Shown here: positions 35,501 to 49,600 of the stretch, piece after piece | Numbering within the stretch: position 1 is the stretch's first letter | Layout: every line of letters starts with the position of its first letter | Source: Stylophora pistillata | Lineage: Eukaryota | Direction of reading: 5' to 3' | Assembly (NCBI RefSeq): GCF_002571385.2 | Contig: NW_019217845.1 | Location: forward strand, 289,452-353,451 | DNA length: 64,000 bases | Translations under genes and position numbers: made by a program | The notes under the pieces: model-generated | Told to the model about the DNA's origin: nothing | Databases searched by the model: none | What the model saw: only the letters and a program-made list of their open reading frames with translations

Positions 35501-37103
35501 TTTTCTGCACCCCAATGTTCAAGTTGTTTCCTCATGGGAGCTTCGACATATCATTAAAAAAAAAAAAATCACCCTCATTGCCACCCCTTTCTTCCACTTA
35601 CCCTCCCCTACTCTCAAAAAACGTAAATGAATCATTCTGACCAGCAAAATTTTATAAGTTTGCTGTTTAGATAAAACACTCCAACTCCCTCCCCCAAACT
35701 TTACCCCTCCTCTCTCCCTCCTCCCCCCTCGCTTTTTCTCATCAGAACCACTAGGGAGCTTAATAATACCATGCACTTCTAAGCTTTACGCATTTTCATG
35801 ATGCGTTCAGCAAAATGCAGTAGTCCGTCAAATTAATCAAAGAGAGGGTACTTGACAAATTTTATTTGCCATTCATTAGACGTAATGGTATTAAATTAAC
35901 TCATTTTAACCTCCCCTCGCTTGATGATCGTAGAAATGTTATGGTTATTTGTCTTTAAATTTTTAGGTCTTTTATGATAATTTGTTTTGCGGTCGGTCGG
36001 TGGAGTTGTTTATTTTCAAGCTTTATATGGGACAGGAAACATTTTAGCAACGCTTCAAGGTCCTTCAAGGACGTTTTTGTATTTGTCCAACCAACCCTTG
36101 TTCAAAACAGCTGGCTGGGCCAATATTTCTAAACACACGATGAATCGATTTTCGACAAAATAAGAAATTTTTTACCTCTAACAAAGACAAAATTCTATGA
36201 AAAACACGTGAGCTTCTTTTTCTCACCAAATCGTCTGCTAATTATAGGAGTTATTGTTAGTTTCCCTCCTTTCTTATTCTTCTGATAGTCAAATTATAGC
36301 GGTGCTATGCACGAATGCAATTGAAACAATATCTAATTTGCTTTTTTGGTTAATCTTATTTCTAATTGTTTGCTTTGCACGTCGACAAAATTTCGAAGAC
36401 TGCGTAACTATTTCAAGTGTTTATCGAGTATGGTGATGTATAAAGGTTCCCTTGAAATCGACGAAAGTGTTAATTTCTTGTCGAAGAAATTGTTAGTGAT
36501 CAATTTCATCAAGCGACCATCACTTAAGTTTTAGAGCGTGCCATTCAGGTTAAGCGAAGCTTAACACATTTACTAACTGCAAATTCATTAGCGCTATCCA
36601 CCTTTGTTGTTGGTTTTCTTCTTGAGGTAACTTAGCCTCTGGCAAATATCGTTTTTGCGCAATTAATACTGCTCTTCTGTGCCTCAAAGTTAATGAACGT
36701 TTTTCTGGCAAGTGATGGGGTTTGGAAAAAGATTTCTTGACAAGATACATGCGTGGAGAAAAAAACATACCGCAGAAAGCTACAGTAAAACCTATTAATT
36801 TTGATTCTTGAGGCCAAATAATTACGCTATTAAATTAAAATACCCCAAATTTATTCTTTACAATTATATGCAAATTTGGTTCGCGACAGAAGTTAGTCAA
36901 TATGTTTTTTCAGAAGCCCTTATATGAGAATTCACCCTTAAAAGTGTTTAACTTAATTATTTTTCACTTTACTGAATGTTTTTATTTCCGATCTCGAAAA
37001 AAAAGAAGGGATTTTCGTATTTATATATTTGTTGATGCACTTTGCTAAGTAACTAGTTCAATTTGAAACGATCCAAGTGTGACCTGTTGACAGTTACACG
37101 TTA

Positions 37104-37111
37104 TGACGTCA
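37104..37111. promoter_or_regulatory. perfect CRE palindrome TGACGTCA upstream of TTC28
   Basis: Motif ~550 bp upstream of the candidate TTC28 start; function not demonstrated. Confidence 0.3.
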
Positions 37112-37663
37112 CTGGAAGCTGGGTCGAGTTCTTCACCCAAATCGTCTCGAAAATGGTTGACTTACGGCGATTGTCCCGCGATGTAACATAATGAATCACA
37201 GATCTTGTATTGTATATTTGGTTGAAGCGAATGTTATACACAACAGGAAATACCTTAAGCCTTTGGTTCTGCTCCCCTGTGAGCTAAATGGGTGAAGCCT
37301 CAACGGACGACAAATTGCAGGTTTGACAATGCACTAATTCTGTGCATATTTGTAGGCCGCCAGAGTAGTTGAGTATATCGGATTATTTCGGTAAACTCGT
37401 GGCGTGTTTTGCGAAAGTCCTCACTCTTAACTAGTGAGAAACTGCTATGTTTTGAAACTGTTAACGCTGGAGTGCTTTCGGCCCATACTTCACCTCTAGT
37501 GATACCCATCTTGTAGTGGAAGTCTACAGTTCTGAAATTACATACGTAGCTGAAGATATGTAAGGAAGCGACAGTTTATAATTCACTATACTAGCTGGGT
37601 GTTGTGATATCGGTAGGTATTTTGGACGTACCTAAACTGAACTACAGGGAATTTTTATCCCAG

Positions 37664-40600
37664 ATGTACCGCTTAAGTTTTGGGGTAAATCTATGATGGA
37701 CTTCTTGAGTGTGTGGAGAAGTATGCGGTCATGAAATCTCACTTAAGTTACATTTTCATCTTTCAGCCGCAGCCCACAACAACTGAAGCCCGCTCGGTGT
37801 TTTTGGAGAAAGCAAAGCTAGCTGGAGAAGCTTGCTCGAGAGGAGAGTTTAAAAACGCTGTTGAACTGTATACAGATGCAATAAATCTCGATCCTCAGAA
37901 CCATGTTCTTTATGGAAATAGATCTGCTGCTTTCATTCGAACACGGCAGTTCGAACGCGCACTCGAAGACGGCAGATATGCTGTGCAACTCCAACCAAGC
38001 TGGTCAAAGGTAGGAAATTAGAGAGGAAATAAATGTGGCGTTACGCATCGACAGTATGCTGAAACTATGATAACGTTAATTTCAAGCTACAAGGAAATCA
38101 GTCATTTTCATTTAGCTTGGCGTAAATACTGTCAAGGCCGATCGCATAGTTAAAATGTTTTATATCTCAGCCCTTTAGAGCTAATTGTAATGTTTTCAAT
38201 AACCGCAAGCGAACAATGAAGATAGCTATAATTTTTGGCTTTCATGTGAACAGCACAGTCAAATACACTTTTTAAAAGAGAATGTATTTCACAGATGTTT
38301 TCAAGTTTGCTTATTTTCACCTCAAAATAATTGAGTACGTGTTTGTACTTTTCTGTGCGATGTTTCCTCACAAAGAAAATTACGTCCATTAACCTTACAC
38401 AATGATGAGAGTTTTCTGTAATTTATAGCATTTAGTACTATTTTGTAATAGCCTGCCCACTCCTGTTATATCATCAGATTTTCAAGTATCAAAAACAATT
38501 TTCTTTCAGCGATCTTTGTACTATAATTTTAGAAAGATGTAAACAGAAACTGCAACACGCGATGAAAACAATGTTTAAAGTTTGTTCTTTTAGTCGAGCG
38601 ACTAATCGGCGTTCAAGAAACCAAATACGTTCATTCACTCAACAAAAGATCGTGCAAATTTTTTTAGCCTTTACGGTTAATAAGATTACGGGATCGTTCG
38701 TGATGTACAGAGTTAAAGAATACAATCTCGTTTAATAAATATGTCGTTCGGTAAACATTCATTTCCGCCGAGGTATTTTCAACACGGTAAATGTTTATGC
38801 TGAAAATAGTTGTCCATTAGCTGGACCCCATGTGGTAAATTCTCTGTTGCGTGAACAAAATCTTACCTCTTCTGTGCGGATTTAAAATTACTCTTCAGTT
38901 GTAAGCGCTAAATCGAGTTTCCTGATTGACAAAAGAGTAGATAGATTCAGATGACCTAAATGTTTCGAAACTTGCTTTACGTAAATATTTGATGAGTAAT
39001 GTGTTGCAGTCTAGAAAACCCGTTTCAGCCTAGGAGCGGTTTTAACATGTGAAGTAGAATTGTATCTGCCAATATTTCCCACTCACATAAGTAAAGACGG
39101 GAAGAATAAGGATGATTAATATTATTGCGTAGTAACCCTGGGAAAGATCGCAATTATTGATTGAAGTAAACGGGTTTGTAAATTTCAATTTGGCAAACTT
39201 ATTGTAAATGGTACCACAAGTGGTTTCCTTAACTTAAAGTGAGGCATAATTTCTTAATTCGAGAGTCGGTTATCAAAATATTTTTTGGGCAGATTAAAAA
39301 AATAAAAATAATGAAATTAGCGACAGAACATAATTAACTGATATTGCATTGCCGTTTGAGATGACACAATTTTCAGAGCACAAAATTCAAATTTTGTTGT
39401 TGTTGTTTTTTTTTATAGAATACTTTGGTCTCTAAGATCAATTATACTTCAATTAATCAATTCGCCACAGGAGATCTGTTGCATAAAGGAGGTTTAGAAG
39501 AATAATAAATACTTAAAGAATCAAAATCCTGGAACCCATCTGTTGGAATCCTATACTACTTTAAATCATGCATTTGTTAAGACTACTGATGCAGTTGGTA
39601 GTCATTTTATTCCATGTATGCACACAATATGTATGCACACGTTTGGATGAAAATGTTTAGAGCTCTTCTGAGTACCTTAGCTTCATAGATTTTTTCACCC
39701 ATGTAGGTCTGACTCATTAGTTAAGTACAAGTACATTGTGCTGTTTTGAGCTTCATTGTGATTTCAACATGTATCAGGTTTGATACTTGCACAATACCAC
39801 TCTTATCTTATTTCAAGAAGTCAACACCAATGCTATTTTAGGTATTTTGGATTTATCCAGTTATGTTGGTTTTGTGTCAAGCACAAAGGTCAAATGCACC
39901 CAAGAGCACTTCAAATTGATTTTCAAAACAACATTTCTGACTCATTGTAAAAAGGCATGTTTCAGGCCATTGGTACTTGTCATTTAATCTCAATTTACAA
40001 TAACAGCAACTCAGACAAATTTAATGCAGTCATATCATCTTTTATGAAATGATTCATTGTAAATTTCCATTGTGGTGATGTAAACGTGTTTTTTGTTGTT
40101 TTGATAAAGATCCATTGATATAGCATATAGAATCTTCTAGAGTGGTTGTCCAGAATAATTTTGATTGCACTTGTATTTTGCTAAGAAATTGTTAGAAGTA
40201 ATATCAAACAAATTTAATGTCTCTCTTTGGAATTTAAAGTAGAATTCCACTGCCCTCTACACTTTGTGGCAGTTGAATGTACCTAAAAAGGGTCTCTGTG
40301 ATATAAATAAGATCAGCAAGATTTGTTTGATACATTTTTTCTAAAAATATACCCAAAGGCAATGATTTCCCAGGCTGAGTATTCTGTATTGTTCTGTTTT
40401 GACTGAGGTAAAGTGGAAATAAATTAGAAATGTCTGTCCAAATCAATCAGCGGGGAATATCTTGTATAACAGATTACAAGCTTGTTTCTTGTATTTTTAC
40501 CCCCTGTAAAGAGATTTTAACTGGCTTGAGTGACTTTTTAACTCCTTTTGTGAATAATTATTGCTTTGTTAACAAACTGGGGTTGATAATTTGTGAATAC

Positions 40601-43600
40601 TTCTATCTTTGTGGAAACATGGAATTAATACATTTTAGTAATGGCTCTGGGTTAAAAGCCATTGTACAAAGCTGTTATTAGTTTCCTTTTTTATTGTTCT
40701 TCAATTAAGTATGGAATATCAATATCTTTTGTGAGGGAAATTAATCATCAAGAGCTCTCCCCTTAAAGTCATGGCTGTTTATCACGTGACACATCTTGAG
40801 TTCTTCAGTCAATTAAGCACAGCTTTCTGAGAATGTTTTAGTCATTCTTTTTGTTTATTGAAAAAGAATTGTCCTGAAGTAACTCTAGAATCATTGATTA
40901 TTGACACTAACATCTGGTTTGGATAGGTAAATGCTCCCTAAAGATATCTTGATAAGTGATGGCTTTAACGGCTGCAAAACCATCTTGACTAAAGAAATCT
41001 GTATAGCGTTCTTTGTAGTGTCACCAGAAAATCTGTTTTAGGATGCTAACACTAAAATTAAAGAGATCTGATTTTAGAATCCAAAATACTGTTTCAAAAA
41101 TTTCAGCAATTGGGGATTTCATCAAATTTGTCTCTGCCACTGATAAAAGATCTAAGAAAAATGATTTTGAATGTCTAACCACTTGCAATAGAATCTGAAG
41201 TTCATGCAAGATTTCAAAGTTCACTTGACTAGATTTCACATAGGTCTTCCTTATTCTTAGATTTAGAAGTTAATTTTTTAGTAGCATTTATATATCCTCT
41301 ACTCTTCATGCTTTGAAAGAAAGTAAGTTTGTGACATTTTATCAGGCAGAGTCTCATTACAGTCATGTGTGTGACTGTAATTTGTTAGTTTTGAGAGATA
41401 TCCAAACCTCTTCCATGGTAGTTTTTTTCACCCCCTAAGTTTCCTGAATTTTGGTTTTAGCTTCTGCCCTGCACATTGTCATACAATGTTACAACTTGTT
41501 CTGGACAGCTTTCCCATGTGTTTCAACTCCTCCTTAAAGAAGATTGTTATCGACCAATTATTGCCGCCTTAAAAAATTTGATTACCTTAAGTTTGAAGTG
41601 ACTACACTGTGAAAACAGGAAAGTGATATATTCCATCCATCTTCACCAATAGCTGTATTTGACCCCACTGATGATTGAGTTTTACTTTAACACAAGTTTA
41701 TTATCTGTCGATAACTCTGACTTTTTCAACAGTGTTTCCAACCCATCTCCAGTGAAGTGTCAAAGGTGTTATTTCATAGTTTTAAAAGATAACTGTTGCA
41801 TAATTTTGCTTTCTTCATTAAACCTCTTGTTTGCATGCTATTGTTTTCAGAATAATTTTATGTTATGGGAAAGGTCTTGATGTAATGAATTAATTTATCT
41901 TGTAAAGTTGGAAAGATAAATGGTAATATTTGATGTTGTGACCCTCTAATAGTTTTCTTGAATCAAATTGTGCACTTATGAATTCATATAAATTGTTTGG
42001 TAGCAGAAATAAGTATTCTTTCTGAAATAATACTCAAATTGCATCACTGTAAGGAAGTTGTTTGTGGTTGTCCAAAGGCTGGATAATACTATCCATTGGT
42101 TAAATCTTTGTCCAGTGGTTAGCATAGTGTATTTTGCTGTCACTTGTCTGCTGGATAGCAATTTATCTGTTGGATAGCACTTTCCACCCTTTATACAACT
42201 GGCCCGGTTGTTAAAAGGGTGGATAATGCTATCCACAGGATAAATATCTATCCGGTGAATAGCGCAGTACATTTTGGTAACACTTATCTGCTGGATAGCA
42301 ATTTATCCGTTGGATAGCGTTATCCGCTCTTTGAACAACCGGGCCCTGGACCCAGTAATTTAACTTAATCAGTTGTTAGTTCAAGGAGTAGTTATTATTA
42401 AGCACGGTGAATCTTAGAAAAGGGTAGAATTTTTAAAGCAACACCAGACAAATTGCCATAGAAATTGTAAATTTAACCCGTCTTCAAGAAAGTCTTTTGT
42501 TTAGGAGTCTGACTGTTGATCCATTGGAAAGAAAGATATTACTAGTAGTTACAATAGAGAATCCCAGAAACAAGGATGGACACTATATAGAGTTAAACAT
42601 GTTGTCCTGCTTATGGGTTGGGGAGTTTCTCTTTCCTTCAAAATGTATCTTTTTCCATAATTTACAAACTGTTGTCATCCTTTTCTTTTTCTTAAATCTA
42701 TTAATCCTGTTATAAGGTAAATTTCAGTCTTCCATGACATGAGTTAAGATACATGTACACTGTGATGGTGAAATAATTTGTTGTTATTAAGTGCGCGGTA
42801 AAGGCTTTGAACGTAACAAAATGAAACAGTAGGCACTCACAGAAGTGCATGGAGCGAGAGTGAAAGGTAACTCAAGGTATTTTTGCACATCTTAGATGGA
42901 TGGACAGTACTCATTAAATCAAGTATTTCTCATCAAAGTTTGTGTTACAAAGGTTAAAGGTGACTGAAAGAATTCTAAGAGATCTTGAAGTGTTTTCGTG
43001 AGTTTACTTGAAATTTTTCCAAAAGTCATGGAAAAATCTAGTCTGATGATTATCATACAACACTGCAGAATAACAGATGCTTTTCACAGGCAGTCGACAC
43101 TACAAGATAAAATCCTGTGTGAATCAAATCTACATATGCAAGTGTTTTTCAGATTTAGATGCTGAAATAATTCATTGCCTCTAAACTTGCTGTAAAGGTT
43201 TTTCAGTGTAAAATTTATTGCTAGGTGTTGTTTACACCAGAATAGAGGGCTAAACTGTGAGACCATGCAATGATATAATTCTTGAAATACCACAATTACC
43301 TGTTATTGAATATCACAACTAACAGTTAATTAACACTCTGCACATTTTTCTCTAGCATGGTAACTAAAAGCCCAAATGACATCAGCAACTATTTGATGGT
43401 CTTTTTTTGAGAAGTTAAACTGTTGATTCAAGTAGCCGCTTCTTGTTTATGTTGTTGTCTAAAACCCTTCATTCTACACTCAGTTTGATGTCTAAGCTGT
43501 TTTACCTGTAATGAAAGGCAAATTCTATCTAGTTTAGGTTACTTCTACCATCTGTTTTGCGAGGATGGGAGAATTTTGTGATTCTTGAATTCCTTCAGTC

Positions 43601-46600
43601 AGTGACTTTCTGTCACCTTTAGTTTCGTTCACATTGTAAATTGCTGCATTTACAAGGTTGAGCTTTTGTAAACATAAGTAAATCATGGAAGTTAGTATTT
43701 TTCTGTTAAGGTTTGGCAAGTTTGAATGTAGTGTCACCTTTCAACCTACTATTTTCATAAAGAAGCTTTTGCTTACAGTAAAAACATTTTACATGTGCAA
43801 TGTTTATCAGATTGTCAGCTTCATCTCAGAGCCATTAGTGATAACTTTTGGCCATAAAAAAAGGGAAGCTTGTTCTTTTCCGTCAGTTTGATGATTGTGC
43901 GGCAATCTAATGGATCTAAGCCTTGGATGTGTCTGCTTTTAGTTTTTGCTTTAATTTCAGATAAATTTATTTCCCTTATAGAAAAAATGTCTTTTATCGC
44001 AAGTGTGCTTTAGAAAGTTTATTAAGTAGTTAAAGGAGAGAGTCAGAAACCTGGATGACCTCCATCAAAGAATTGGATAATTCGGTGGAAATTTCTGCCA
44101 AGGTAAGCATATTATGTGCTCAAGTTATTCATGTCCAAACAATACATGGCTGTGTGCCTATTTTCTTTTTAACATCTAAACCATGAACTTTCTAAGGGAT
44201 TTATAAGGTCAAACTGTCTTGTTTGTGAGCATATCTAGCACTTCAATTCCTAACTCGAAATCTGCATTCTAGCAAAGCAGAGTTAACTACTAAGCTTCCT
44301 GGTGATTTGAGAATTCAATTTCATTTTGAAATTAAAAGAGAGTTTTATTGTTAGCGAGCCATTGATTTTGTTCAACTCTTTAATTTACCCATGAGTAGCA
44401 AATGATTTATGAGTTTCAATGGAGTCTTTGTCTTCTCAGATGCATTTATATTAAGAATGGCACAATTTCCGATTGATACATCTGCTTTCAAAATCACGTC
44501 CTAAACAGCTGTTTTTGTAATTATGTGCATCTGCATCTCAATAGGAATCGCAGATGTGCAATGGCAACCACAGATGTTGCCCATCTTTTAATTTGTATAT
44601 TGCAAAACTTGCAGTTTACTCTTGAAACATCGTTTTTATAAATATCTTCTTGTCCCAACGTTTCCTATTTCCGTTTTCACAGCTTGTAATCGTTTTTGAA
44701 TCCCTGTTTTCTTAGAATTCTCTATACGGCACCTCTTTTGATAAATTTCTAGGAAACAGCATTCGCATTAAACCTAGAGTCAGGTCGTTTACGATCAAAT
44801 ACAATCTGTCATCGTGTAGGGAGTTAGAGTGAATTGTAAATTAAAGTATTTTAACAAATAAGATGTCACATACTTTTCATGTCCTCTAGGTGCAATTGAT
44901 TTAGCTTTTTTTTCATTTGGCTCTGCTGTAAATCCTTTTAATTTCAGTTCAATTACTATTAATTTCTTCAGGCATGTCTACAATGCTCTTTCTTACAACT
45001 TGCTGAAGTTTTTTTACCCTTGAGCTCTCGAGATATGACTGTTAAATCTCCCCTCTAGCTGGTACACATTTCACACATTTCCTTGTAAAGTAGTTACGAG
45101 AATTTGGTGTTAGATCAAGATAACTTCCTCCCGATACGATGGAGTATTCTCGTTACCTGTATACTCTAAAGTGTAAGGATATTACAGGGAGAATTTGCAT
45201 GTTAATCACTTCTGTGAGTTCCAGGGTTAAGCCAACTCCCTGTTGATAAAAATGAAAGAAATTTTCCAGGCAAACAAAGAAAAATTCGTTTAATCTATTC
45301 GCATCCAATCTTATTTCGGTTAATACTCATACTAGAGTAATTTGATTTACTGCTAAATTATCGTGAACATTTTAAGTGACATGCACGTAGTGAGCGAATT
45401 GATTTAGAATTGGAAAGTTATTTAGGTAACTAGATCACCGGCTTGGTTCAATAAGATCTGTTTTCACTAAGAATAATTTCAATTAAGTTTTGCTGTTTTT
45501 AGATCCAAGTTGAATACAGAGAAAATAGCGGTATACTTGAGCAATGTTTTTGCAAAAAGATGATCACGTCTGTCAACGACGTAATTCATTCTAAATGTTC
45601 AACTATCGGATGCAGTGATTTTGAAAATTTAATTAAAGCGTGCACGTTCGATACCTGAGCACAATCTCTGAGTACCATTTTGACTCCCTAGTCAATGTAT
45701 GGACGTTTTCGAAAGACTTTCCTTTCAAAGGTAACGCGAAAGCGCGCACAATTTGAAGTATCAAAATAAATTTCAATTTCGCAATAGTACTTTTCAAAGA
45801 CATGCTTCGGCATGACTCGTGCCATCATCCCGTTATTGTGTTGTATCTTTTAGAAGTATGCTGTAAAACTGTTGGAAGGATAGTCATGTTCCTATCTAAC
45901 TGGAGCATAACAAGGTCCTTGAATTTTGAGGCAAACTGAGCTGTAATTTCAGTTCAAAAGAAACAGATACAATAGTAGTTTCCTAAACAAAAGATCCGCA
46001 AAGAAATTTTCATTCGCCACTGAAACATTGATAAGAGATTAGAAAATAAATACATTTCCTTTACTGTCACCGGAGTTGCTTTTATTGAAGGAACCAATCA
46101 CATGATAGGTAACCAAGAAGACCAAATAAGGCATACATGATACAGAATTCAAAAGGAATTCAATGCTCACTTTCTGTAATCCGATTGGACAGTTTTGTAA
46201 GTGACCCTGATGACAGAATTCGTACTGTAAACAAAATTTTGCTCAGTAGGTCTTTCCAAAACTTTCATTTCACGCCTTTTCTCGTCGTATGATTAGGAAA
46301 GTGACGAATCTTAAATTACATGTAAGCTCTGATAATCGCCCTCAGCCTCCCCTCCGTTATTGCTTCGTCTTTTTGCACCTCGTCACTCAGAACTCTGGGT
46401 TGGAGATTACTCTCAGAGAAGAGAAGGAGTTCTTGAAAATAAAGATTGCTATTTTTTTTTATGCGCATATGGTTTAGAATACAAAGTTATCTTGGGTTGT
46501 GAGAACAAAGCCTGGATTACCCGCGTGGTTCATAACTGATCCGTTTTAAGCACGTGTTGCAGCCACGAAGCTGTCTGAAGATAGTTCGAATGTTTCTACG

Positions 46601-49600
46601 TTTACAAACGGCGATATTTGTACAACTGGTAACAATCATGTCTGTATAAATTAGATGTGGATAGCAAAAGGTAAACGAAACGAGAAGTAAAGTAGGTGCT
46701 GTTATCTATTGTGAAACATGTCTGATTTTAACAGCAATCAACGAACAGGGGAAGACTTGGATGTCTTAATGAATTCAGTTTTGAAGAGCCACTTTCGCCA
46801 TGTCTAATCCCGTATAATCTTACCTATTCTTAACCACTCTTTCAGAATGTACGTTGTTGTTTTTTCGGTATTTTTCTCTCGAAGTATCCTGTCATTGTGA
46901 AATTTCTGTATCTTTTTTAAAGGTAATTGCTTCCGCCTTTGTTTGATGCTTCCTCCAAGACACGCAACACAACTGTTATTGGAGAACTTTGAACAAATAT
47001 GATTAAAGTTGATAACATTGACATCTGCTGGTTGCAAAACGGTTACAAAGTTCCGTTTATATATCCAAAGTTAAGATTATTCCGTGAGATTCGCTTTGAT
47101 ACTCTCAATGAGGAGACAAAAAAGTTATCGCACGGTTCTTTGTCGCCAAATCGAGGTTTTTTTTTTATTTTGCAACTGGGTTTTCCAATCAAATTTTTCG
47201 TTGTTTTAGTGATGATACCAACGGCCGAAGCGTTCATTCGTTCAAGTATCTGCCATTGCGTTTCCAACACTAATTTTGTTACGCTTTGGAAAGGTCAATA
47301 ATAGTTCATATTCTTGAAATCCTGCTGATATTGTTGACGCGGTGGAGCTATAGGAAAAAGAAACGGGTTTTGTTGTTTTAATCTCCACAAACGTACTGCC
47401 CTTGAGTTTGTATAAACATTGCTGAAGCATGAGCTCTGTGAACTTGTTTTGACTGTAGACTAGCTTAAACGCGAATCGATGTTCTGTCGCGTGTATGATG
47501 GTTTTCCATTCAAACGAAATTGCAGCTGTCTATATGCGCTTTAAGCCTGACCATTGTGAAGGAAAGGTGTAAAGAAAATCGAATATTAAAAGAACAAGAG
47601 GGTACTTTGAGATATTGAAAAAGAACAGGTCGATTTTCTTTGTGCTATATATTTTCTTTCGGTGTTTCTCGATTATATTTGCGAGTGTCGTTGCTTGAAA
47701 TATTTGTAGGAGCACAAATTATATTTTTAAGGGTAGGTCTTTGCCGGAATTGAAAGAAAAATTAATGCAAATTTATTTCAGTTTTTGGTCGATCTATGCT
47801 TAAAGAGAGAGGAGAAACTTAAAACAAAATCTTATCTTTTTCTGGCTTTGTATTTCATTTTAGTGGCTGTTCAAAGTATTTTATAAGAAGTGAAATTTCA
47901 TAAACTGTAAATTGACGAAAAATCGTTGAATTGAGATAACAGAAAATATCACGGTGTAAATTTTTTTGTATTCTGTTTTATTCTGATGTGAACTTTTTTT
48001 TCAGCGTAACAGGGAACATTTCTTTTATTTGCTTTTGTTTCGGCGTTATTGTTAGCACCACTGGTGGATACAGTGTTTATTTAATTTTCCTTTAAGAAAA
48101 GACATTTACAATGAAGTTCTTTTGTCCTCTCTGACATTTTCCGCCCTCGGTTTATCATTGGTTCTTTCGGAGACAGTGTTGACAATTTTTTGGCTGCCTG
48201 CGAAGCTACAATAGATATATGGTGAGCCAAGGCTATAAATACCTCCTGGATAAATTTGAATTATATTTTCCGTCATCAAACTCTTTATGAGTTTTATTAG
48301 GTGTTATGAGTGTTTCGTTACGCTTCGCTTCAACAGTTTTTTCGCGGCTGTTGAGAGTCATGATAAATTAATATCCAATAGCAGCTATTTGTTTTGGTTA
48401 TTTGCTAACAAGGCTCTTGGCCTATAGCGTTTTGCTCTATAAGCTGGATTCCATGCGGATTTGGTTGTTTAAACTAGAGCGTATTCAAATGAATTGTGGT
48501 TGATCTTACTCGTTGTAGCTAGGCGCTCTATCACCTCTGTTTTAACGCCTCAATCGACCTGCCTGCGTTAAGGACGAAGTGTTGACGGGAAAATTAGAAT
48601 TTTACTTCAAGTTTTCAACAGCAACTGTCTTTGAAGAGTTGAGAGTTGATTGAGTCGACGGTTGAGAGGACCTGTAAATACAAGCTCCGAGTCATGGCGT
48701 TATTCTTCTCCGTACGATAAAGATAGAAACGACGAGTACAATCAATTGAGTTAATTCTTATTACACGAGAGGTTTGCGAAAAGGAATATCATCTTGGCTA
48801 TCCTTGGTGGATGTAGTGAAAGCTTACTTCGACAGCAACGTCGAGGACAACGAGTTTCACTGAAGGGCTGGGAGTGACAAAGCTTGGATATTTTAAGTTG
48901 GTACCGCAAATTACTCGAACTCGAGAGCCAAAAAACCACACATATTAGTGACTCGTTGAGGAATCTATCGTAGGTACGCAACGACGAATAACTTACCGTT
49001 GTAGCCATATTGTTTCGAATTTTCTGGCTTCAAAGTTCACGCAGTAATTCGAACACATGTAGTGACTGGAAGATCTGCGATCAAAGCGCCATGAAATGAA
49101 ACGACATGCTTTCGTGAAGAAGAACACAGTTCCTTCGTTGAAACGCGATGATCATGGATATGTTTTTGGTGTTAATAGTTGGGTAAGTCAAAACAAAGGC
49201 AGTTTAAAGTGTCTCTCATTAGAGGTTTCGTGCAATAAAGGCGTAACGTAGCTCATTACAAGCAAGATGTAAATAACCCATGAAAAAGAAACTTGTCTTC
49301 AATGATTATCGATTAAGGTAAACCTTTTTGGATTTTACCACAGACTAGCATAACGAAGGATATTTTTCTTTTGTAATGGCTTCCCCAAAACTGATTTTCA
49401 ACTGTGTCCTTGCTTAGATTCTTAGAAATTCAATTTAAGCATCGTGACTAGGTGTTACGTTTCCACTGAATTATTTAAAATGTTTTTGTGAATTCTTTGC
49501 TGGGTGCAAACGAAAGTGTGAAGGTAACCTTTTTACTGCCCCACAGATTATACAAGGAAATCGTTGTAGAAATTTGGGAACTCACCACAATTTCGTTCAC